Of a stretch of 64,000 nucleotides of DNA, positions 54,336 through 64,000 are shown in pieces. The notes beneath the pieces were generated by a model. It was not told the DNA's origin. It saw nothing but the letters and a program-made list of their open reading frames with translations, and did not search any database. How positions within the stretch are numbered: position 1 is the stretch's first letter; each line of letters starts with the position of its first letter. Source of the stretch: Octopus vulgaris. Lineage: Eukaryota. Where the stretch lies: contig OX597837.1 of the NCBI GenBank assembly GCA_951406725.2, positions 18,972,001-19,036,000 on the forward strand, in the 5' to 3' direction. A program made the translations under genes and the position numbers.

Positions 54336-54389
54336 GGAGAGATTTCATTGATGGAAGGAATGGATTCTCCAACACTGAAATCAGCCATG
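54336..54389 (+). CDS. COG6: COG6 exon 17
   Basis: ttacAG / GEISLMEGMDSPTLKSAM / GTAGCT; 54 nt. Confidence 0.88.
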
Positions 54390-56572
54390 GTAGCTATTTT
54401 TGTATCCTCTTCCCTCTTTAACAATATTATAATATATTGAAATATCAATATACTGTAATATGATTGGTTGATTGGTCCAGTGTGAATACTCCATTAAAGT
54501 AATTTGATTGGTAAATGAAGGCTAGCCAATTAGCAATTTGCAATAAAATTTGTGAATTGAAGAGTGTGTATATGTGTTCATGTGTGTGAGCTGTGCTATC
54601 CTACATATTTGAATTATTGTTGTGTTTAATCACAGATAAATTGAAATTTATATCAAAAATGCGACACATATGAATAGATCTAATGACCCAGTTTTCAACC
54701 ACCACCATGAATCAATGAATAAATATTGAATAAATGAAGTAAAAAAAAAACACATTTAGAAATACTCACAAAAAAATTGAAACAAAGTTCTCTTCTTTTC
54801 CAACAATGTGATACAACATAAATTCATATCATTTGGCATGTTGGAACAATATATCTTCCTAAATGTGGCTATTTTTTAATAATGATAATAATAATAATAA
54901 TGGTTTCAAATTTTGCCACAAGGGCACATAATAATAAAAATCTTTTCTACCACAGGCACAAGGTCTGAAATTTGGTGGGGAGAGGGTAAAGTCAATGACT
55001 TCAACTCCAGTACTTGACTAGTACTTAATTTATCGACCCCGAAGGGATGAAAGGCTAACTTGACCTCAGCGGAATTTGAACTCGGGATGTAGTGGCAGTC
55101 AAAATACTGCTAAGCATTTCACCTGGCATGCTAACGATTCTGCCAGCTTGCCACCTTGCAATAATAATAGTAATAGATATGATAAAAAACATATGAACAA
55201 AAATATAGAAGCTATATCTGGACCGTCAATGCTACACACTATCCAAAAAATAACCCATGTTAGGAACAGCCTATGTCCTTTGCAAGACACTATCAATTCA
55301 AATGAAACATTCCACAAACACAAAACACACTCTATACAGTAAATATCCAATAAAATAAACAACCCCCACAACATGTACTCTACAGGTGGGATACTCAACA
55401 GATGAACACAACTCACATTACACACAATACATACACTAATACAAGAAAAGACTGCAGCCAAACCCCATAACAAAACAAACGAATGCAATACAATACCAGG
55501 AAGAGTTTGCACTCTCCTATCAACAAAAAAGAGTGCACAATGCTGCACACACCTTAGCAACATGGAAGTGCAGCAGGTGGTGCAGTAGAAATCTGCTTGA
55601 AACAATCAGCTGTCAAATAAAAATAATGAGGAGATGCACAACAACTTAGTGGAAAAGGTAAGGAAGCAACAAGTCAAGGAGAGGAAGACCAATGACAGCC
55701 AGAAGTACATGAAGATAGAAAAGCAAGCAGTACAAGAGCCATAAAGAGGAATGTGTTTCTATATGTGGACATTTATGTCTGTAGTTTACATGCCCCCTAT
55801 ATATAGTCTGTCTCTATTGAAATATATGTCTCCATATATGGAGCTGTTTGCCTACATACCCATCATGTGTCTCTATTTGGACATGTATTGTCTCTGTGTA
55901 GACATGCCTCTCTGTTGACATGTCCACATAGAGCTGATGATATCAGTGACATAAACTGTGTTGTCAGTTGGAACGTATCTGTCAGTATAACACTGAGTAA
56001 AATGTGGTATGGTCAGATATCTGGTAGATGCTGGGTTTTTTTGCCTTTCACTCAGGAAGACAGATAATGCCTCTAAGACGGGTGGGAAAGAAAAAGGTAC
56101 CTCCAACCCAAAAGTAAGACTCAAATATTTGCAATGAAATGGCCTCTACTAAAGGCACTTAAGGGTCAGGTGATTAGTGTAGTTAAAATTTGTGATTATT
56201 TTGAGGAGTCTTTGCAAGCTTTTAAATACAAATATGCTTAGTTCATTGCAGAAAACTCATCCATCCAGTTTTACAAATTATTAAGGGAGTGTTAACTGAT
56301 TCACCGTTTCCTGTTAATTCATTTATTTGTTGGTAAACCAGGTGTCAAATTAAGTCTACCAGCCATCACATAAAACCTGATAAGAAGGAAGTAGTAATAT
56401 GATGTTTGCTGTTTGGAAAATTCATTCACCCCATGATTGCATGAGAAAAATATGGAAGATTTCAGATAATTACCTTCTGTTGCTGCTGACGATGAAGATG
56501 ATGATGATGATGTTGTTTCTACTGAAGTGTTTTCAACCATCTCTGACTAATTTTCTTTTTGTCTCTTTACAG

Positions 56573-56652
56573 AGTAAATTTGATAATTATTTGGCTTCAC
56601 CTGATTCCCTCATTCTTCCCCAGAGCAGTCTTTTACTCAGTGCCACTGTCAG
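56573..56652 (+). CDS. COG6: COG6 exon 18
   Basis: ttacAG / SKFDNYLASPDSLILPQSSLLLSATV(R) / GTAATT; 80 nt. Confidence 0.93.
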
Positions 56653-56865
56653 GTAATTTTTTTGTTTTAAGTTTAATATTTTTTAAAAATTTTATTTGTA
56701 TTGGTTATAGCATTTTAATGTTGTTTCTGTTGCTGTTGCTGTTTAGTTCCAGGGCAGCCCTGGTCCAGCAGAACCATGATCAAAGTTGTTACAAATGAGG
56801 TTGTGGCTATTTTGTCATGTTTCAAGTGTATTTAAGATGCCTGTTGCTGGAAACAATGAGTAAAT

Positions 56866-57203
56866 ATGAAAGTACTTGGCTCAGTGGTTGGAGCATCGCG
56901 CTTACAATCATGAGTTTGTGAGTTTGATTCCCAGACCAGACTGTGTGATGTGTTCTTAAGCAAGACACTCTACTCCATGTTGCTACAATTCTCAAAGTAG
57001 AAATGAGTTGTGACGTCACTGGTGCCAAGCTGTATCAGCCCCTTTGCCTTTCCCTTGGATAACATCAGTGGTTTGGAGAAGGGAGACTGGTATGCATGGG
57101 CAACTGCTGGTCTTCCATAAACAACCTTGCCTGGACTTGTGCATTGGAGGGTAATTCTCTAGGTTCAATCCCATGGTCATTCATGACTGAAGGGCTTCTT
57201 TAC
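56866..57203 (+). mobile_element. tRNA-derived SINE (same family as 17003)
   Basis: A box TGGCTCAGTGG and shared body. Confidence 0.8.
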
Positions 57204-59103
57204 TCCTTTGTATAGAAGGGATTATAATCCAAGCTCTGTCTTTGTGAAGAACATTTGTGTATTCCAGTAAAGAAATGTATGTATATAAATGTTTTATTTC
57301 AAACTTATACATACAGGTTAACATTCCTGGTGAGTAAGTATTTATTAAAACAAAGACTGGAATATGTGGTACCATTTTAATACTGTGTTGCATTGTGTTT
57401 CATTACAATATGGGAAATACATTTTGTGAATATAAATATTAATAATTATAATAATAGAAATATAATAAATTCATAACAGATCTTTTTTTATCTTTTACCT
57501 TTTGCTTGTTTCAGTCATATGACTGTGGCCATGCTGGAGCACTGCCATGAAGAATTCTTAGTCAAATGGATTGACCCCAGTACTTATTTAAAAAAATTTT
57601 TTTTTAAAACCTAGTGCTTATTCTGTTGGTCACTTTTGCTAGACTGCTAAGTTACGAGGACATAAACACATCACCACTGGTTGTCATGTGGTGGTAGGGG
57701 AAAAACACAGACACAAAAACACACATACACTCACCCTTTCTCTCTCTCTCTCTCAACACACACGTGTGTATATATACTTTTGCATGGTGATCGCCATAAG
57801 CTTTAAGCCATTATTATTATTATTACAGGATATCTATTTAAGTAATCAGCATCATCATCATCCTTATTAATATCAAAATAGTGAGCTAGCAGAATTTTTG
57901 CTGCATTTATTCTGGTTCTGTAAGTTCTGGGTTCAAATTCCGCCAAGTGCCAGTTGAACACTGCTGTTTATGTAATCAACTTCCTCCAGCTGTAACAATT
58001 GCTGGCATTGTGCCAAAATAAGAATTGCTATTAAGACATTGAGTTGGCAGAATTGTTAGAACTTTGGGAAAAAATGTCTTGCAGTGTTTGCTTTGGTTGT
58101 TTCTGTGAGTTCTAAATCTACCTAGGTCAACCCTGCTTTTATCTTTTTAGGCTCGATAGATAAAGTACCACCCCAGGGCAATGGGTTAACATATTTGTTA
58201 AAGTATCAAATGAGATGATATGAGGATATGTGTTGAGGTTGTTTACATTTTGAGTTGAAATTCCACGAAGGTGTTAATGGCCAGGGTCAATCACCACAAA
58301 AAGGGTGCTCCTTTCACAACCCATAAGCTAACAATGAGATGGTAAGGCCTTTGTCCAGCACTGGATTCACAATGATTGAATGGATGGAAATAATATGGTG
58401 GTGGGTTGATACACAACCTGCCTGTGACTGCCTTGGATCTTACAATATAAACTTCTTATTCTAAAGGAGTCTTAAAACTTTCTATGAAAACTTCATGTTA
58501 ATTTATGTTCCAAGTACCTGCTTAATTACAGCTGTTTAGTAAAAGTTATTTTACTGTATTCTTCATTATTTTAAAAATTAATTGAAACAAAAGCAGTCAT
58601 TTCAGTAGAAATTTAGTTACATTTAGTGGATTATTGGAGTGTCAAACAAAATACTGTGTAGTTTCTAGGAGTATTTCTTTATGTCTTACCCAGGTTGACT
58701 TTATCTTTCGTACTTTTGGAGCTGAAAAGTGAAGTACCTGGATTAATTAAATTAATAATAGTCTGGACAACTATTTGTAGCCTTGCACCTCTGTTAGAAT
58801 CAACTGTACCACTTCCCTCATCATCCATCCTTAACACTTTAGCATTTAAACTGGCTACACCTGGCCAAAGTATGCTACCTGTTTTGTGTGATCTGGCCTC
58901 TCACACCAACCCTACAATATCATTCTAAAAATTAAGTTACCTCATCAAAAATCTCATAGCTACATGATAATGTATGATTAATTCAAATCAATGTGAATAA
59001 ATAAACATTACTTTTGATAGAATAATGTGAATGCTTAATTATTAAATTTGTGTTTTTGTTACAAATGATCATTATCATCATTTATAATTTTATTCTGTTT
59101 CAG

Positions 59104-59251
59104 GGAGAAAGTGAAAAAAATATCTGTGGAATTAATTTGTGAAGCCTATCGCCAGATCTATAACTTTATCTGTGACAAGAACCATGGTTATGCTGATTGG
59201 CAAAGCATTGTACCAAGAACACCAGATCAAGTTGTTAAACTTCTCTCTTGA
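59104..59251 (+). CDS. COG6: COG6 exon 19 (terminal, TGA)
   Basis: tttcAG / (R)EKVKKISVELICEAYRQIYNFICDKNHGYADWQSIVPRTPDQVVKLLS*. Exon lengths sum to 1935 nt = 644 aa + stop with all phases consistent. Confidence 0.94.
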
Positions 59252-59585
59252 CGGCATCAATTTATAAGCATTGTTATTATTTTTATTATCATTACTCATA
59301 CAAAGGTGAAGTGTAAGAAATCATAGAATGATAGAGGACTAACAGTGTTTTGTTGATCAGTGATCTAATCTTAAGCTGGGTGATATGAAGCATCAACTTT
59401 GCCTTTCATTCGACTGGGATCAATAATGAAATAAGGGCGACATTTAATTGCATTGACTGGGTAGCCTTTTTCAGTGCAATTTGGGTGGGGACCTTCTACA
59501 TGTAAAATTAATATTATTGACTCTATATTATCAGTGGGTATAAAATATTGGGGGGTGTTTATTTTGTTTTGTTTGTTGGAAAGAA

Positions 59586-59591
59586 AATAAA
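59586..59591 (+). terminator. Candidate COG6 polyadenylation signal AATAAA (alternative at 59842)
   Basis: First AATAAA after the stop codon, followed by T-rich sequence; weak evidence in AT-rich DNA. Confidence 0.3.
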
Positions 59592-60209
59592 AGTATTTTC
59601 CTCTGGTTCTAAAATTCAGAGACAAAACCTAATTTTGTTTTCAGAGTTTCAATTTCTTAATTTCTTTTCCTTTTTTTGCTTTCTATAATTTTTTTCTGTG
59701 ATTGAGATGGTGTTTAATCTCTTCTTGTCACGATAATCTCAGTTTTTCTTTCAGCTGTAATATACTTTCCACATTGTTCTTGTGTTAAATATAGTTCATG
59801 TGCAAGCTCTCTTACAGATTCCTTTGAGAATGTTCACCAAAAATAAATTAAGGGCAACAGAAGCACTATTAATCGCAAAAGTAATATTTATCTCCCACTT
59901 AAAGTGAATGTTGTGTTTGGGGATGCTATAATCGTTAAATTTTTACCATGCTGTCTCCCAAATTCCCTCACAAGATATTAATTAATTTTAGGTTGTAGAA
60001 AGGTGGTTATTTAGCAGAATCAGTTGCACGCTGGACAAAATGTTTGGTGACATTCCTTCTGGTTTTACTTTCTGAGTTCAAATCCTGATGAGGTTGACTT
60101 TGCCTTTCAGGGTCAATAAAATAAGTACCAGTTGAGCACTGGATACGATATAATCGACTTACCTCTCCTGAAACTGCTGGCTTTGTGCCAAAATTTGAAA
60201 CCAATGTGG

Positions 60210-61340
60210 ATCCAACAGAGGAGCCAGGAACCTAATAGACAAGCTTGGTAGATGAAGCCACCAGGAATCACCACTGAGATGCTTAAAATATCTAGTGGTG
60301 TGTGTTATGGTCTAGTCACCCATATAGTTAACCAGGTTGTACAAGAAGGAGTCATAACCAATGACTGGTGTAGCAGCATTATAGTCAACTGCTACATAGA
60401 TAAAGGTGACGCCTTATCCAAAAATAATTACAGAGGTATCAGATTGTTGGACCAGGTGATAAAAGCTACAGAGAAGGTCTTAGCCCAACTACTTAGAAAG
60501 AGAGTCTAGATGAGATGCAGTTTGGTTTTGTGCCAGGGAGAAGCATGACTGATGCTATATTCCTGATAATGCATCTGTGGGAGAAATATTTAGTCAAAAA
60601 TAAACTTTGCTTTTGTTGACATGGAGAAAGCCTTTGACAGGGTTCCCTTCTCCCTTATTTGGCGGTGCAGAAGTTAAGGATAGATGAGCAGATGGTGAAA
60701 GCCGTACAGGCCATGTACTGTCAGAAGGGTGAAGGTTGGCAACGAGTACAGCAATGAATTCAGTGTACAGGTTCTCAGCCCCTTCTTATCCATCATAGTC
60801 TTTCAGGCTATAACAAGAATTTAAGACAGGTTGCCCTTGGGAATTCCTCTATACTGATGACCTTGATCTTATAGCTGAATCACTACCAGAACTAGAAAAG
60901 AAATGTCAGGTGTGGAAGCAAGGTCTGGAATCAAAGTGCCTTAAAGTTAATTTAGCAAAGACCAAAATCTTAGTAAGTAGGAAAAGAAACAAATTACAAA
61001 TCGTTTCAGGGTGGTGGACCTGCTCGATGTGTAGATAATGCATAGGTAGAAATTCCATAAGGTGTACCCAGTGCAAGCTATGGACACATAAGAGGTGTAA
61101 CAATATCAGAGGAAGGTTAACAAAAAAAGTAGTCTTTGTGTGTGGCAGGTGTTTAGGTAAATAAACACTAGAAATGTACAGAAAATAGATACTTAGAAGT
61201 AGTAGATTGCTCCCATTATATGCCTGACGAAGTCAGCAGTGGAAGTAGATGCTCTGAGAGCGTAACTGCTAAAATAAGAATAGGCTGGGCAAAATTCAAA
61301 GAGTTTCTACTTTTGTTAGTAATAAAGAGCCTATTTCCAA
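60210..61340 (+). mobile_element. RTE-clade LINE RT fragment
   Basis: PPGITTEMLK, KGDAL..NYRGIRLL, MQFGFVPG, DMEKAFDRV, LYTDDL. Confidence 0.9.
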
Positions 61341-61344
61341 AAGT

Positions 61345-61850
61345 CTCTGTCACTAGTCTTTGCCTTGGTGAGGCCTAATGTTTGAAGGTTGTGCTTCACC
61401 ACCTCATCCCAGGTCTTCCTGGGTCTACCTCTTCCACAGGTTCCCTCAACTGCAAGGGTGTGGCACTTTTCACTCAGCTACCTCATCCATTCTCACCACA
61501 TGACCATACCAGCGCAGTCGTCTCTCTTTCACACCACATCTGATGCTTCTTAGGTCCAACTTTCCTCTCAAGGTACTTACACTATGTCCAGTAAGCACAC
61601 TGACATTACACGTCCAGCGGAGCATACCAGCTTCATTTCTTGCAAGCTTACGCATGTCCTCAGCAGTCATGGCCCATGTAGCATGGCTGTTCGTACACAC
61701 GTCATACCTTTTACTCTGAGTGAGAGGCCCTTTGTCACCAGCAGAAGTAGGAGCTCTCTGAACTTTGCCCAGGCTATTCTTATTCTAGCAGCTACACTTT
61801 CAGAGCACCGACTCCCGCTACGTACTTGGTCACCTAGGTAACAGAAGCTA
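61345..61850 (-). mobile_element. RTE-clade LINE 3' fragment, inverted relative to the adjacent copy
   Basis: RNEAGMLRWTCNVS..ERRLRWYGHVVRMDE, GRGRPRKTW. Confidence 0.9.
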
Positions 61851-61885
61851 GTTTAACGTTTCGAGCAGAGCTCTTCGTCGGAAAC
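61851..61885 (-). ncRNA. Compact Penelope-type hammerhead motif (core variant CCGACGA)
   Basis: gttt-CCGACGA-a-GAGC-tct-GCTC-GAAA-CG-TT-aaac; perfect stems I and II, palindromic stem III. Confidence 0.6.
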
Positions 61886-63139
61886 ATGAGAAGGAATGAC
61901 AGAGGAAAAAAAATCGCCAACGGTACCCACGAGGTCACATTTTGAATATATATATATAAATAATGTATGTATGGGGATGGTTATAAATATACAAATACAT
62001 AAACGATGGGCTTCTTTCAGCTTCTGTCTACCAACTCTACTCACCATGTGGGTAAAAAGTAAACTTCTTACCACACAAAATTGTAAGTACATTGAGAGAA
62101 AAATTATAGGTATTATTTCAACCATTTTTTCATGTGTTTTTCTTCGAACATAAGCCTTTTGTGTTGGGGTGAAGAAATACTAGTTATGGTGTAATAAAAT
62201 CCAGTCTTGAAACAAAAAATAAACTGGTTTCTTGTGATGACATTTAACCCTTTCCCTACCACTGTCTTATCTTTCTGCTTTAGCTATCGGGAACGTAGAA
62301 GATAGGATTCTATTTTCCTCATCTGACGTCCAGTTTGCTATATCGTGAGATAAATCTAATTTCAAATCTTGTGTATTTTCTAATGGATTCAGTGGTTTAG
62401 TTGATGGTATTGACATCGATGCGTTTTTCAAACTGGTACTTGTCAATACGACAAATTCATTTTTTGTTGTTGCAATGAGACGTAATTGAATGCATCATTT
62501 AAAACCGGTAAACATGATGAGCGTCCACGTCTCACACATGGAGATCGAAACCGGGGCTGCGAGGATACAAATCGAGTTTCTTAAATATCTTTGTCGGTAA
62601 AGCCGCTTTAATTAAATTTTCATTTCAGCCTAAAAAAAAAAATGTTCATGCTTATCTCCCCTTATAAATAAGTCAAAAGAGGGGAAACAACTCTGGGAAA
62701 AAGGCAGCAAAATATCTTAAATAACAATTATAGAACATGTGAAGCTTGTTGACGGCTGTTTTGTCCAAAGGCTTTCTCTTTGGGTTCCATTCCTATATTC
62801 ACCTAGCCCACCATTTAACGTGTTACTATGTTTGGTCTTTTTGCCTTTTCACTTTTCCTGTCATCACATTTAAGTCTTCATTTCCCTGTGTTGTAAAAAG
62901 TTTTTCTAGTAGTTTCTGTTCGTCTAAAGACTCGTTTCTTACTCTGGCTCGATAGGATTCTTCAACATTTGCCTAAGGTGCCACATACTACAATAGTAAG
63001 TCCTTTCTACTTGTTTGCTGATGCTTTTGATAGCACCATTCTTAAGGATGGGTTCTGTACACACCTCTAGCACTCTTCCCCTCTCTCTTATCGAGTCATT
63101 TATTTGATGACATTGTGTAACAATTTTATTTTAGTTTTT

Positions 63140-63370
63140 CTGTTTGGTCAGTAAGTTGTCCTACTTGCTTTTATCTAGAAATACTTTTTTATGAATATTC
63201 TATCTAAAACCCAATCAAAATGCCCGAAACTTGATACGCCAATTGGATGCTAGCTAGCTGTACGTGATTGGTCGGAGATTTGGACAGTATTCGCGTGTAT
63301 GTGCACACGCACGCAGCTGTATATGCATGCACTAGGTCTATGACCCGGCGTTGCTGGGTCATAGTGCTAG
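63140..63370 (+). mobile_element. Helitron-like 3' terminus (left boundary uncertain)
   Basis: GC-rich hairpin ctatgacccggc-gtt-gctgggtcatag (63338-63364) followed by CTAG|T. Confidence 0.7.
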
Positions 63371-63379
63371 TATACCATA

Positions 63380-64000
63380 AATGATCTTACTGAAAGCAGC
63401 TTTAGCCTGTCTGGTCATTGGCTTAGCTTTCTCCAAAGATACAACTCTTATAATCCATTTGCTGGCTTTCAGTATGAAGTTGGCCAGAATTTTCACTCCT
63501 TGCCACTGTAAACAACTGAACCCTTCACCTGTAGGTGACAAGAGAAGTGGTGTTGTCACTTTCTAAGGTGGCAAAAGTCTGTGCCCTAGTGGTTAGGCTG
63601 TTGGACTCATCATCATAAGGTCACTGAATGGCACATTGGGTCGGTCCTTCACCCCAAATTGCTTCAGTCCACTCAATTGAAAATGAGACATATCTGCTAC
63701 CAAGTGGTGTCTCACAGGCTTTCAGCCCCCAAATCTTGAAGATACAAGATATTAATGGAGTTGCAGCACACTGGATGAAGATGAAATCATCAATTAAGGA
63801 AAAGAAAGAAAAAAGTCTATTTGCTTTTGCACTTTTCAGACGAAGGGCAAGGGTCCTACTATGCTCAATTCTTAATCTTATGGTAACTGAACTTAATAAA
63901 CTTTCCTGCAACAAAGTTTAAACTGCTGATAGCCAGATACAAGAAGGAAATCAAGAGAGAAGATCCATAAGCAACAAACTCCTGTTGTCAAAGTAAAGAA
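63380..64000 (-). mobile_element. Highly decayed RTE-like LINE RT fragment
   Basis: Degenerate motifs across frameshifts (IFKIWG, YDDE, QAKAAFSK). Confidence 0.4.

Noticed and set aside
55099-55605. 168-aa hydrophobic, Cys-rich minus-strand ORF
   Set aside because: Non-ATG start, arises from an A/C-rich low-complexity repeat, and runs into a SINE.

Overview
AT-rich, repeat-dense animal DNA. The (TA)n load and the SINE/RTE repeat families suggest an octopus or other coleoid cephalopod (inference, not database-checked). Two complete spliced genes lie head-to-head. LRRC57 is on the minus strand (2 coding exons, 10900-10406 and 1220-993, 240 aa). COG6 is on the plus strand (19 coding exons, 20750-59251, 644 aa, one GC-AG intron). 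The rest is tRNA-derived SINEs, RTE and CR1-group LINE fragments, Tc1/mariner, hAT and Helitron remnants, MITEs and very long microsatellites; almost all ORFs in the supplied track are repeat artefacts. The most unusual signals are RNA-level. (1) Several different hammerhead-ribozyme-like motifs occur: a ~320-340 nt tandem retrozyme-like array, a tRNA-headed Penelope-like element, a hammerhead with a hugely extended SINE-interrupted stem II in the sense strand of the LRRC57 intron, and a compact Penelope-type motif. (2) A full-length U6 snRNA copy is fused directly to the 5' end of a CR1-group LINE. (3) Several long fold-back hairpins are present, including a perfect 131-bp palindrome in a COG6 intron. 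All ribozyme and chimera calls were made by eye and need computational and biochemical confirmation.
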